Below the pieces are notes generated by a model. That model saw only the letters and a list, made by a program, of their open reading frames with translations. It was not told the origin of the DNA and did not search any database. A DNA stretch of 64,000 nucleotides. It comes from an uncultured Ignavibacteriales bacterium (GTDB lineage Bacteria; Zixibacteria; MSB-5A5; GN15; FEB-12). A program made the translations under genes and the position numbers. Location: NCBI GenBank assembly GCA_964571235.1, contig CAZNAI010000003.1, positions 592,700-656,699 on the forward strand, given 5' to 3'. Each line of letters begins with the position of its first letter. Positions within the stretch are counted from its first letter, which is position 1. This document shows, piece after piece, positions 50,050-59,793 of the stretch.

Positions 50050-50745
50050 ATGACCAAACAACAAGACATTGCCGAAGGAATCTTGCACGAAGTACCGGCC
50101 GATTTGCGAAGAGTCCTGTCGTCCGATTCGGACCTTCTCGCCAGGTGGAACAATCTCACCCCGATTCAACGCAACGAGTGGATATGCTGGATTACTATCG
50201 TCAAGAAACAGGAAACCAGAGTTGACCACATCGACCGAATGATCGTTGAAATCAATGAAGGCAAGCGCCAGCCCTGTTGTTGGCCGGGGTGCCCTCACCG
50301 CCGACCGAAAGCGGCGAAGTACTTCGGGAAACAAAGAGAAAGTGCATCTTCGCTCAACTCGGAGATTGAATCATACAATAGCAAGCTTGCCGGAGCTGAC
50401 AAAGAAATCTGCGTGAAATTGGCCCAGACTGTTAGTCAGCATCTGCCTAAAGCCGAAAGCAAAGTCTGGCACCGGCATCCGGTTTGGTTTTCAGGCGGCA
50501 ATCCAATCGTTGGCTACAGCAAGCAGAAGCGCGGTATACGCCTGATGTTCTGGAGCGGCGCCAGCTTTGATGAAGAGAAATTGGAGCCCGGCACCGGGAA
50601 GTTCAAAGATGCATCGATATTCTACGACGATTCGGCCGATGTGAACATCACAGAATTGAAACGTTGGCTTAAGAAGGCCGAGAAGATCCAATGGGATTAC
50701 AAGAATATCGTTAAACGAAAAGGCAAGTTGGTGCGACTGAAGTGA
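50050..50745 (+). CDS. YdeI/OmpD-associated-like domain fused to DUF1801 (YdhG-like) domain
   Basis: The N-terminal part is LTPIQRNEWICWITIVKKQETRVDHIDRMIVEINEGKRQPCCWPGCPHR. The C-terminal part (KVWHRHPVWF...GIRLMFWSG) is DUF1801-like. Confidence 0.65.
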   Translation: MTKQQDIAEGILHEVPADLRRVLSSDSDLLARWNNLTPIQRNEWICWITIVKKQETRVDHIDRMIVEINEGKRQPCCWPGCPHRRPKAAKYFGKQRESASSLNSEIESYNSKLAGADKEICVKLAQTVSQHLPKAESKVWHRHPVWFSGGNPIVGYSKQKRGIRLMFWSGASFDEEKLEPGTGKFKDASIFYDDSADVNITELKRWLKKAEKIQWDYKNIVKRKGKLVRLK

Positions 50746-51204
50746 GATTGGCCAGTACATGACTGAACTCATGTTGTCTGTAAACCCGACCATAAATAGT
50801 GGGCGGCAGAGCCCACGAACGATAATTGCTAACATCCACCCCCTAATTTGACTGGTTCTGACGCGTCCATCGAGGCCCGCAACTCACAATACTGCAACGG
50901 GTTGTTAGGCTTTCCTTCGGTGGTAGACGCCCGGACACAAATAGTCTCCGAGGAAACCACTGAAGTGACTTGACTTTTTGGATTAATGCGCTTTATTTTA
51001 TGTACCATCGAGTCCACGAGTGTCTGTCTTGAATTCTGTAAATACAGACACGGTGGTTATTATTGGATGTTAGTCTGCCGATAAATAGAGATAACGGGCG
51101 TGACGGTTGCAATTTGCTGTTGCGTGTCACTTTGTTGTTTGAGATATTAGACGACCAATGTAGGCAGTTGGCGTATTTGGGAGTATGGGGAGGAGAATTG
51201 GTTT

Positions 51205-51807
51205 ATGAAACATCACCATAGAACACTATTGGGTGATTTCCAAATCAGAACTGACCACATGGCGTTAGTGATTTTCTTATGTTTCTTGTTGTTACCGTTA
51301 CACTCGAGGGCCGAGGAACATGTAAAGTCACTGCCAAAGGCGCAGTACGATCTGTACTTCTTCTATCAAGATTTTGTTGAAGCCTACAACTCTTTAGGTC
51401 ATCGGGACGCTGACTCAACGGCCTTCCGACGAATGCTTGATCGATGGAGGCCCGTGCTCGGATCGATACATAGCGCCGACAGTGCCGGAGACAAGTGCGA
51501 GTTAGATATTGCTATTAGAATAGATACCATCGCCGAACCGCATGCCAGGTATGTATTGGATTCTTTGGTTGGAACCAACCAATTAGCTATGAGCGATCTG
51601 TGCTACAATGGTTCAACAGTAACGGCATCGGCATGTGTCCTCAGGTTGCCCGAACTTGCCCGCCTTGATTTTGTTACATCGATTCGAAGCTATTCTGGTG
51701 GAGTAGCTTCCGGGAGAGTATCGGCGCGTGAACGCTCGTCCAAAGTGTCGGATTCTACTCTCAGTTCGATCCCTTTCGAGGCACTTGATTCAAAAAAAAA
51801 GCCTTAG
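51205..51807 (+). CDS. Signal peptide + putative pro-region of the downstream S8 subtilase (upstream frame of a frameshifted gene)
   Basis: GGGGAGGAG lies 9 nt upstream of the ATG. The signal is MALVIFLCFLLLPLHSRA. The ORF ends TCA AAA AAA AAG CCT TAG inside an A9 run. Confidence 0.6.
   Translation: MKHHHRTLLGDFQIRTDHMALVIFLCFLLLPLHSRAEEHVKSLPKAQYDLYFFYQDFVEAYNSLGHRDADSTAFRRMLDRWRPVLGSIHSADSAGDKCELDIAIRIDTIAEPHARYVLDSLVGTNQLAMSDLCYNGSTVTASACVLRLPELARLDFVTSIRSYSGGVASGRVSARERSSKVSDSTLSSIPFEALDSKKKP
51792..51801 (+). other. A9 run containing an in-phase A AAA AAG slippery heptamer (candidate -1 frameshift / slippage site, or homopolymer error)
   Basis: The heptamer at 51795-51801 is in X XXY YYZ phase with ORF 51205. 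The -1 frame is open from 51789 into the S8 domain. Confidence 0.6.
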
Positions 51808-51899
51808 ACGAGATTCCTCAGCACAATATATATAGGTCAACTTTCGATAAGCGGGCGCTTAGTCCAAAGTCGCCAAGTGGACATGGCGTCATTGTCGCT

Positions 51900-53564
51900 G
51901 TGATTGACACGGACATTGATCCCACGCACCCGGAGTTTCTGGGTGACGACGATTGTACTCGGGTTGTGGTATTCAAAGATTTTGCGAGCGGCTCTCCTCG
52001 CGCATGGTCTTCTGCGGACATTGACTCTATCCGTACAGGGAACGGCAAGAATACTCTCCGAGCGCGGGCACTGTTGGGTGATCAGCATCAGCACGGAACG
52101 AGAGTCGCCTCGGTAATTGCTGGTAGACACTATGGTGTTGCGCCTGGTGCACAACTCATTCTTTTACAGATTCCTACCGAGAGCAACGTCAAGCCGATGA
52201 ACGAAGCCCTCAGGTTTCTGCAGGATACTGTGGCACAACTGGACAAGCCGTACATTATCAACATTTCTCTTGCATCAGATGATGGACCAAGGGATGGTAC
52301 CACAGATGATATTGAACGGATACTGGGAGAAATGCTCACCGGAATCACCGAAAGTCAACTGAAGGCAATCGTGGTGTCGGCAGGAAATGACCACTACGAT
52401 AGGTCATTCACGGACTCCGCTCGCAACTATCCCAGCGTATTTAGCAAGGCAAGGCTGGCAGAACTTGAAAACACGAGATCACATGTTCGGGGCGTCGGAA
52501 CCAAGACGTTGCAACTTGAACTCCATACGGATCCAATTTACCACGACATGGTGAACATCAGTATTTGGTACCCGGCGGGAGATCTGTACGATGTAAAAGT
52601 GACCACACCCAGAGGATTTTCATACGGTCCTGTCTTGGCGGGACATTATCTCAAGGACAGTTCTGGGGAGCGATGTTCCTATGCGGATGGCGGGGTGGGT
52701 ATTACGAATTATCAGTCACCAACGACACCGGGTAACATCAAAATTACACTTAGGGACTACCACAGCAATCGTCATCTTTTGTCCAGTAGCGATGGGCCTT
52801 GGAAGGTTGAGTTGATTCGGAGATCGGCTGTTGGCAATGGTAGCTGGGACGCCTACATATGGGGTCAGAGCCCAACGGGTTTAGTGAAAGCGTTCGACAC
52901 TGATTCTCTGGGAACAGAACACAATCTCTATAAGATAAATCCCTGGGCTAACAATGAACAAGTGTTGACTGTCGGCTCAATAAACGACGGGACGGACGTA
53001 TTTAGGGCAGAGGAGTTCAAAATCCATAAGAAATTCTACTCCAATTTGCAACAGCCGAATGAGCCCTCCCATTTCTCGAGCCTCGGTCCCTCTCGGGCTG
53101 GGACTAAGAAACCCGATATTTATGCGTGCGGGTTGCTTGTGCAGGTCCCGACGTTTGCGACTCTGGATAAGGTGAGCGACGATATCGAATATGCACGTAG
53201 CCCCGATCTTGAGTCAGGTACGAGTTTCTCATCGGCGGTGGTTTCGGGATTGTTGGCTTTGGTTTTGGAGTATGATTCGCTCAATATTCTTAAACCACGA
53301 GATATCCGAGAGATGATAGTAGATAGTTCAATCCATCAAGATCTCATCGGCATTGACAGCAAGAGTGGTACTGTAATCCGTGATCCGAAGGTAGTTAGTA
53401 GCCAGTTTTCAGGACTACACAAAGACACGATCCGGTACATTTCTCCTTCCGATACCCGCAAGTTTTTACAGAAAGCCCAGTTGTTCATTCAAGGCAAGCT
53501 TCCAAAGAAAGACACAGCATCGCGGACTATCGAAGGTAAGAACGCCAATGACATGAAACGGTGA
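51900..53564 (+). CDS. Subtilisin-like serine protease (peptidase S8) catalytic and C-terminal region; the frame is open from 51789 with no start codon before GTG 51900
   Basis: The catalytic residues are Asp in (GVIVAV)IDTDID, His in HGTRVASVIAG, the oxyanion Asn in SAGNDH and Ser in SGTSFSSAVVSG. Confidence 0.85.
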   Translation: MIDTDIDPTHPEFLGDDDCTRVVVFKDFASGSPRAWSSADIDSIRTGNGKNTLRARALLGDQHQHGTRVASVIAGRHYGVAPGAQLILLQIPTESNVKPMNEALRFLQDTVAQLDKPYIINISLASDDGPRDGTTDDIERILGEMLTGITESQLKAIVVSAGNDHYDRSFTDSARNYPSVFSKARLAELENTRSHVRGVGTKTLQLELHTDPIYHDMVNISIWYPAGDLYDVKVTTPRGFSYGPVLAGHYLKDSSGERCSYADGGVGITNYQSPTTPGNIKITLRDYHSNRHLLSSSDGPWKVELIRRSAVGNGSWDAYIWGQSPTGLVKAFDTDSLGTEHNLYKINPWANNEQVLTVGSINDGTDVFRAEEFKIHKKFYSNLQQPNEPSHFSSLGPSRAGTKKPDIYACGLLVQVPTFATLDKVSDDIEYARSPDLESGTSFSSAVVSGLLALVLEYDSLNILKPRDIREMIVDSSIHQDLIGIDSKSGTVIRDPKVVSSQFSGLHKDTIRYISPSDTRKFLQKAQLFIQGKLPKKDTASRTIEGKNANDMKR

Positions 53565-53654
53565 CATTCCTATTTTGCATGTGCGAAGTGGAGTTTTCGA
53601 TTATGTCGGCATATAGAAGGATACGAGCACATGAGGGTGCCGGAACTCAATTGA

Positions 53655-54044
53655 TCACACCGGTGCGTTGGCCGCCGGCAAAGCGCGTACGATATATTCG
53701 GCCTGTATCAAATTGATCATCAGTTCCTGCTCGGCGCTCACCTGCGGAAACTCGTACCCGGCGCTGAACATCCCGCGCGACGGTGTCTTGGTTTTCCAGC
53801 GGCAAATGGCTTTCAACTCAAGATGTCGCGCCCCCATCACCCGGTACGGCAGGACGATTTTTATGGTCATCGATTTGTTGATGTGAAACGGCCCCTCGCC
53901 GCTGAGCATCATGCCACCGGTGGAAAGGTCGACCAGAAACCCAAGTGTCACCCTCGTTTCCGGATCTTTCACCGCCAACGATTCGGGAGTGGTCACCCGC
54001 CGTGCTTTTCGTTTCTCTGCCATATCTTTGATCGGTCCAGTCAA
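53655..54044 (-). CDS. PilZ domain protein (c-di-GMP receptor candidate)
   Basis: RKARR (RxxxR) is followed by DLSTGGMML (D/NxSxxG). Confidence 0.75.
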   Translation of the reverse strand: MTGPIKDMAEKRKARRVTTPESLAVKDPETRVTLGFLVDLSTGGMMLSGEGPFHINKSMTIKIVLPYRVMGARHLELKAICRWKTKTPSRGMFSAGYEFPQVSAEQELMINLIQAEYIVRALPAANAPV

Positions 54045-54109
54045 AATTGTAGCCTATGATAATAGAAATCGGCAGAATACGGCCCGGACTTTAAGGCAAG
54101 TATCGGGTA

Positions 54110-54757
54110 CTATCGCCTTAAGAATACATGAGTTGCGCGATCAGTTGAAACGCGCCTGATGGACCTAAATCCGAGCGTATGAAGATTGATACCGTCGAGT
54201 AGTCGCTCTCCCTCTCCCATTACCACATCGGAACAAGCCAGATGCATCTCATCAATCAGACCGGCCCTGAGATACTGCCGTACAGTCGCCACCCCTCCGC
54301 CGATGCGTATATCTTTCTCGCCGGCGGCTTGACGGGCCTGCATGAGTGCCGATTCGATCCCATCAGTGACGAAATTGAATGTTGTGCCGCCTTCCTGTTC
54401 AATCGACGGACGCGGAAAATGAGTGAGCACATAAACCGGACAATGATACGGCGGATTTGCCCCCCACCATCCCTTCCAGGAATCGTCCGGCCATTCGCCG
54501 CGAATCGGGCCGAACATGTTTCGCCCGAGTATCCAGGCCCCGACATTCGCCATGGCATTTTTGGCGATCTCATTATCCGTGTCCTCAGACCCGCCTTCCT
54601 GGCCGGTCATTTGATGGAAGAACCTGGTATGGAAAACCCACCCAAACATCTCGCCGCCACGAACTCCGAGGGGGTTGTTGAGGTCCTGATTTGGCCCGGC
54701 TCCGAAGCCGTCAAGCGACACCGAAAATGCCGATACTCGAACGATTCCCACTTTCAC
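54110..54757 (-). CDS. Dihydrofolate reductase-like (RibD C-terminal domain) protein
   Basis: The N-terminus is SLDGFGAGPNQ. Later segments are ILGRNMF and the C-terminal GGGVATVRQYLRAGLIDEMHL. Confidence 0.75.
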   Translation of the reverse strand: MKVGIVRVSAFSVSLDGFGAGPNQDLNNPLGVRGGEMFGWVFHTRFFHQMTGQEGGSEDTDNEIAKNAMANVGAWILGRNMFGPIRGEWPDDSWKGWWGANPPYHCPVYVLTHFPRPSIEQEGGTTFNFVTDGIESALMQARQAAGEKDIRIGGGVATVRQYLRAGLIDEMHLACSDVVMGEGERLLDGINLHTLGFRSIRRVSTDRATHVFLRR

Positions 54758-55699
54758 CTACCCTTTTGCACTTATCGGCGACGAGTCTTTTCGACCCACG
54801 ATAGTAAGTGCAATGCCGCCGATCACAATAATTGTGGCAACTAATAGTCGTGCAGTTAGAACTTCATTTAGAAACAGGACACCGCCTAAGGCGGTGAGCG
54901 CGGGTACGGCCAGTTGTGTCACCGATGCCTCGGTAGCGGTAATCCGCTGAAGTGTCATATACCAAAGGACATACCCCAGTCCCGAAGCCAGTGCGCCGGA
55001 TACTACGGCCAACAGGATGCCATAGGCGTTGGCGTGGAAATGTCCGCTCCAGAACATTTTCCAGGCGATAATCACAATGAGCACCGCCACACCGGGCAGA
55101 CCGAATATGAAACTGCGGGCGGTCGCAACAACCGGATCAGGCCTGTTCGTCGCCAGTAGCGAATAGACTCCCCACGACACTCCCGCTATCGTCATTAGCA
55201 GTGCACCCAAAAGTGAAGGTGCAGACAGGTTAGACGAGAGCAGATAGTACAGCCCGCCCAGCGCCGCCAATCCACCCAGCCACTGGAACGGGGAGACAGT
55301 GTCTTTTCGGAAAACTGCCCCGACAATCATACAGAGGTGCACCGAGGCGAACAAAATCAGTGCGCCGGTTGAGGCTGTCAGATCAATGTATGCCAGCGAA
55401 AAACAGAGCGCATATACAAAGAGCGCCAGTACCGGCCAGAGGTATGATTTTTCAAACGACACCTGACCTGATTTATCCAACGACGGCGCCAATTCTGTCC
55501 CCGATTGACGGAGCAGCACCACCATCAACCACAGCACAGCGGCGCCGGAAACAAGTCGAATGGATGTAAACTCAAGTGCGCCGATGGAACCGGTTTTCAG
55601 CGCGAGTCGGCACAAGATGGAATTTGCGGCGAATGCACAAAGTGTAGCGACGGTAAGAATCGATGTGAATGTAATACTCGGACGGTTTCCGGTTGCCAT
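54758..55699 (-). CDS. EamA/DMT-family transporter
   Basis: There are ten hydrophobic helices in a duplicated 5+5 pattern. Start is ATG 55699; the track start is 55780. Confidence 0.75.
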   Translation of the reverse strand: MATGNRPSITFTSILTVATLCAFAANSILCRLALKTGSIGALEFTSIRLVSGAAVLWLMVVLLRQSGTELAPSLDKSGQVSFEKSYLWPVLALFVYALCFSLAYIDLTASTGALILFASVHLCMIVGAVFRKDTVSPFQWLGGLAALGGLYYLLSSNLSAPSLLGALLMTIAGVSWGVYSLLATNRPDPVVATARSFIFGLPGVAVLIVIIAWKMFWSGHFHANAYGILLAVVSGALASGLGYVLWYMTLQRITATEASVTQLAVPALTALGGVLFLNEVLTARLLVATIIVIGGIALTIVGRKDSSPISAKG

Positions 55700-55828
55700 G
55701 CCATGGTCCCCAAAATAATAGGACAATATGGGTGTCTTTAGGCTGTTATGGCAAGAGATAAGTTGCAACCATCGGGCCACTGACGACTCTCTGTGTGAAA
55801 ATCCAGGGATAGGGAATTCAGGCGTGGG

Positions 55829-56245
55829 CTACAAGAATTTTAGCACCGTCGCGCCGATCTGATCGCGGATGCGCCGAAATTCGGCGAGGATTTCTTCCTC
55901 GTCGCCGCTCGCCGAGGCAGGATCATCAAACGGCCAGTGAAGGCGCTTACCTTCGCCGGGGAAAACCGGGCAATTGGCGGCGGCATTGTCGCACACGGTG
56001 ATCAGGTAGTCAAACTTCTGCGACCGGTATTCATCTATGTTGTTTGAAGTCTGCGTTGAAATGTCAATCCCGACTTCTGCCATCACTTTGATCGCCGTCG
56101 GATGAACTCCCTTGGGTGAAAGTCCCGCAGAGAGAACGTCGATCCGAGCTCCGCCAAGGTGACGGAAGAATCCTTCAGCCATTTGCGAACGGCACGAATT
56201 TCCGGTACAAAGGACCAGGATGCGAAGTTTGCTCATGCTAATCAC
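55829..56245 (-). CDS. arsC: Arsenate reductase, LMW-PTPase type
   Basis: CTGNSCRSQMAEG (CX5R P-loop) is present, together with downstream Cys residues. Confidence 0.9.
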   Translation of the reverse strand: MISMSKLRILVLCTGNSCRSQMAEGFFRHLGGARIDVLSAGLSPKGVHPTAIKVMAEVGIDISTQTSNNIDEYRSQKFDYLITVCDNAAANCPVFPGEGKRLHWPFDDPASASGDEEEILAEFRRIRDQIGATVLKFL

Positions 56246-56567
56246 ACTTCTTTCGTGTTAAGTAGGACTGAAGGAGCGCCCTGTCTGAAGAGTATGGCTC
56301 GATGGCATGTAGTTGTTTTGCGATAGGGCCAGCAATCTCCACGACAAACTGGTCGTCGCTCAGTTTGTAGTGAATCCACTTGCCCGCCCGTCGGTCGCTC
56401 ACGATTCCGGCCGATTTGAGCTTGGCCATGTGCCGTGAAATTGTCGGTTGCGGAAGTTTCAACACTTCGGTCAGGTCACAGACACAGAGTTCGCCCCTTA
56501 ATAGTAGCACGGCAATGCGTAGGCGAGTAGAATCAGCCAAGGCCTTGAGCTGGTCGTGCGGTTTCAT
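56238..56567 (-). CDS. arsR: ArsR/SmtB-family metalloregulator
   Basis: The ELCVCDL metal site lies in a winged HTH. The gene overlaps both neighbours. Confidence 0.9.
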   Translation of the reverse strand: MKPHDQLKALADSTRLRIAVLLLRGELCVCDLTEVLKLPQPTISRHMAKLKSAGIVSDRRAGKWIHYKLSDDQFVVEIAGPIAKQLHAIEPYSSDRALLQSYLTRKKCD

Positions 56568-57622
56568 GTTGCCACCGTGCGGTTAGGTACAGCGAAGTAC
56601 TTTTTCTGAAAGAAAAGCGCCACGTTGACCAACGCCACCAACACGGGAACTTCGACCAACGGACCAATCACCGCGGCAAATGCGGCACCGGAGTTGATCC
56701 CGAAGACGGCCACCGCTACCGCAATCGCCAGTTCAAAGTTGTTGCTGGAGGCGGTGAATGACAAGGTGGCGGTTTTCGAGTAGTCAGCACCGACTTTGTG
56801 ACCCAGCCAGAACGAAACCAGAAACATGACAACGAAGTAGATGAGTAGCGGCAGGGCGATTCTGAGAACATCGAGCGGGATCTGTACGATCAAATCCCCC
56901 TTTAAGCTGAACATGATGACAATTGTAAACAACAGCGCGATGAGAGTGACCGGAGAGATCTTCGGAATGAACTTCTTTTCGTACCAGTCCCGCCCTTTGG
57001 TCTTAAGCGCCACCAGGCGAGTTAGCATACCGGCAATAAACGGGATACCAAGATAGACAAAAACCGATTTGGCGATTTGTCCCATGCTGATATCCACCGC
57101 CGATCCTTTCAGTCCGAAGATGGGCGGTAGAATGGTAATGAATATCCAGGCATAGACACTGTAGAAGAGAACCTGAAAGATCGAGTTGAATGCCACCAAC
57201 CCGGCGGCATATTCCGTGTCACCCCTGGCAAGTTCGTTCCAGACGATCACCATTGCGATACACCGCGCCAGTCCAATCATAATCAGCCCGACCATATACT
57301 CCGGATATCCCGACAGAAAGGTAATCGCGAGCACAAACATGAGAATCGGGCCAATCACCCAGTTTTGTAAGAGTGACAACCCAAGTATTTTGGTGTTGCG
57401 GAAGACATCGCCAAGCTCTTCGTATTTCACTTTGGCAAGCGGGGGGTACATCATGAGGATGAGGCCGACCGCGATCGGAACATTGGTCGTGCCCACCTGA
57501 AACGTATTGAGAAACGGCACAATCTGCGGCACGAGGTATCCGAGCGCCACGCCGGCCGCCATTCCAAGGAAAATCCAGAGAGTCAGGTAGCGATCGAGAA
57601 ACGAAAGACCCGATTTGTTCAC
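56564..57622 (-). CDS. acr3: Arsenite efflux permease, ACR3 family
   Basis: The N-terminus is [23 protein letters not shown] and there are 10 TM helices. The start is GTG with GAGGTG upstream. Confidence 0.9.
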   Translation of the reverse strand: MNKSGLSFLDRYLTLWIFLGMAAGVALGYLVPQIVPFLNTFQVGTTNVPIAVGLILMMYPPLAKVKYEELGDVFRNTKILGLSLLQNWVIGPILMFVLAITFLSGYPEYMVGLIMIGLARCIAMVIVWNELARGDTEYAAGLVAFNSIFQVLFYSVYAWIFITILPPIFGLKGSAVDISMGQIAKSVFVYLGIPFIAGMLTRLVALKTKGRDWYEKKFIPKISPVTLIALLFTIVIMFSLKGDLIVQIPLDVLRIALPLLIYFVVMFLVSFWLGHKVGADYSKTATLSFTASSNNFELAIAVAVAVFGINSGAAFAAVIGPLVEVPVLVALVNVALFFQKKYFAVPNRTVAT

Positions 57623-57642
57623 TTCGACACCTCTTCGCAGTT

Positions 57643-57666
57643 ATATATGCACATATGCGAATATAT
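57643..57666. promoter_or_regulatory. 24-bp near-palindrome in the acr3/HMA divergent promoter region (candidate ArsR operator)
   Basis: The sequence atatat-gca-catatg-cga-atatat has 20 of 24 positions symmetric. It lies 21 bp upstream of the acr3 start. Confidence 0.35.
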
Positions 57667-57910
57667 ATGAAAGCCGTTAACTGTCAAGTAGTTATTGCGG
57701 CGAATCTAAGTCAATTTGAGATTTCGGAGATTTATCCCAGTTTTGGAACTTAACCTGCCGATTCTGAGTTTAATGGAGTACATCAGTCCGGATTCAGAAG
57801 CAAACACGTGGTGGTCGGACGGTGGGAATGAAGTTGACCAGAAATCAAAAAATAGTATACTGAACAAGTTAACCAAGCGACGATCAAATCCTCGGAAGGA
57901 GCAAGCAGAC

Positions 57911-58549
57911 ATGCGTAAAGCAACTATCTTGATTTTGACAGCGTTGGCGTTTGGCGCCTTCGCTCTGTCACCGGTATTCGCCTGTGACAAAGACAAAGCG
58001 TCGGCGTCAACCGGCGAAGTAAAAGCCCAGATGGTGGGTGACAAGGCCTCGTGCGGCGCGAAAGCCGAAGGCGCCTCAGCCCAATTGACCGGCGACAAAG
58101 CGGCCTGCGCCGCGGCGTGCAAGAGCATGTCTCCGGCCGAGTGTGCCGCCATGTGCGGCTCGATGTCCGCTGAAGCGCTGGGCAAGCATCTCGGATACGA
58201 CGGCAAGGTTCAGCTCGTGAATATGTCGGTCAAAGGGATGACCTGCGGCGGTTGCGAAACCTCCTTGCGGGCCTCGCTTGAGAAGATGGACGGCGTCGTG
58301 AAAGTCTGTGCCATTTCCTATAAGGACAATGTTGCGCTGGTAGCTATCGATCCGGCCAAGGTGAAGAGCGAAGCTCTTACCACATTGGTGACCAACAAAG
58401 GGTACACCGCCGAGATTATTCCGGCCGTAGCCACAACTGGCACCCAGACGACCGATGCTCACAAGGGTTGCACCGCTGAGCAGAAGGCCGCTTGCGAAGC
58501 CAAGAAGGCCGCCGAGACCAAGGAAGCCTCGGACAAACAGCCCCACTAA
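57911..58549 (+). CDS. Secreted Cys-containing protein with heavy-metal-associated (HMA) domain
   Basis: GGAAGGAG lies upstream of ATG 57911. The signal peptide is MRKATILILTALAFGAFALSPVFA. The HMA motif is GMTCGGCE. Extra Cys pairs occur in ACAAACKSMSPAECAAMCGSM. Confidence 0.75.
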   Translation: MRKATILILTALAFGAFALSPVFACDKDKASASTGEVKAQMVGDKASCGAKAEGASAQLTGDKAACAAACKSMSPAECAAMCGSMSAEALGKHLGYDGKVQLVNMSVKGMTCGGCETSLRASLEKMDGVVKVCAISYKDNVALVAIDPAKVKSEALTTLVTNKGYTAEIIPAVATTGTQTTDAHKGCTAEQKAACEAKKAAETKEASDKQPH

Positions 58550-58570
58550 TACGGAATCAGCTTTTGTTAG

Positions 58571-58601
58571 CGGGACACAGCAATGTGTCCCGTTTTTTTT
58601 T
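58571..58601 (+). terminator. Rho-independent terminator after the HMA gene
   Basis: The hairpin is cgggacaca gcaa tgtgtcccg, followed by a T9 run. Confidence 0.85.
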
Positions 58602-58750
58602 GCCCCAAATCGGTCGTTTTGCACGCACCAAACGTTCTCTATATTAGAGATGATGTCGCCAATGTTGCCAGCCTGCCATTCGAAAGCACACATTAGTGGA
58701 ACGTTATTGCGAGCGCCAATCCGGCCCGATAACACAACACTCGAAAAAAC

Positions 58751-58786
58751 GTCATTGCGAGCGACGCCTCGTCGCGAAGCAATCTC
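58751..58786 (+). repeat. H-family clamp repeat with small hairpin insert
   Basis: The sequence is gtcattgcgag-cgacgcctcgtcgc-gaagcaatctc. Confidence 0.8.
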
Positions 58787-58805
58787 GCCTCGTATTCGTT
58801 CGATT

Positions 58806-59765
58806 ATGGGAGTCCTCTCGCTTCCATTTTTCTTTATCCTGGCAATAGCGATCCCCGCCCACGCCGCCAAATACGCCGGCGATCCGTTTTCACTGGGTGT
58901 CGGAGGACGCTCGCTCGGTCTCGGTGGCGCGACAGTCGCAGGGCCGTTTGATGCCTCCGCGCCGTATTGGAATCCAGCCGGCATGCTCTCACTCGATGGA
59001 CAGTATGTCCTGGCGATGCACGCCGAGACATTCGGCTCGCTCCTCAATCACGACTTTGTTTCCTACGTCGATGCCAATCCGCACGACAGCTCGCTGGTCC
59101 GCGCCTGGGGAGTCTATCTGTATTATCTGGGCGGAGGCGGTATCAAGATCACGCAACTCGATCAGTACAACCGACCGTATGTGGTCAAAGAGGAATCGCA
59201 CGGCGACTATCTTCTTGCGGGGTCAGTGGCAGGTCGATTGAGCGAAAAAGCAGATTTCGGCCTCTCTGGAAAGATCATCTATCGTGATATTGGAACCGAA
59301 ACTGGCATCGGGTTGACAATCGACGCCGGCGGTATCTACCGAATACACCCCAAAGCAACTCTCGGGTTGATGGTCAATGATATCACCACCGGGTTCATTC
59401 GATATTCGGGCAAGACCTTTGGCGCCGGCGGTAATACCGAGTCAATCTATCCCACCGTGCGGCCGTCGATCATGATTCATCACCAGTACCACGATTTTAC
59501 CGGACGCCTGTTGTTTACCGGCGATGCAAAGTTTGAATCACTAAAGCAATCGGCGCAATTGTGGGTCGGGTCGTTGTCGATGGACACTCACTACGGATTT
59601 GAAATCAACTGGCGCGAAATGGCCTTTGGCCGGGTCGGCTTTGACATCGGCCGGCTGACTCTCGGCGCCGGCGCGGCAGTTCGAAATTTCACTCTCGATC
59701 TGGCCTACTTGCACGACGCTGATTTCGACGCCACTTTTCGTGTTAGCGGCGGATATCGCTGGTAA
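58806..59765 (+). CDS. Outer-membrane beta-barrel protein, PorV/PorQ-like
   Basis: A signal peptide is followed by AGDPFSLGVGGRSLGLGGATVAGPFDASAPYWNPAGM, which resembles the PorV/PorQ N-terminal signature. The protein ends in an aromatic residue (GGYRW). Confidence 0.55.
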   Translation: MGVLSLPFFFILAIAIPAHAAKYAGDPFSLGVGGRSLGLGGATVAGPFDASAPYWNPAGMLSLDGQYVLAMHAETFGSLLNHDFVSYVDANPHDSSLVRAWGVYLYYLGGGGIKITQLDQYNRPYVVKEESHGDYLLAGSVAGRLSEKADFGLSGKIIYRDIGTETGIGLTIDAGGIYRIHPKATLGLMVNDITTGFIRYSGKTFGAGGNTESIYPTVRPSIMIHHQYHDFTGRLLFTGDAKFESLKQSAQLWVGSLSMDTHYGFEINWREMAFGRVGFDIGRLTLGAGAAVRNFTLDLAYLHDADFDATFRVSGGYRW

Positions 59766-59793
59766 AATCCGGAGATCGGAAGAAATAGACTCT

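Noticed and set aside
47627-53650. Genomic island integrated at tRNA-Ser
   Set aside because: The content downstream of the tRNA is more accessory. However, I found no integrase, no direct repeat of the tRNA 3' end and no clear compositional break.
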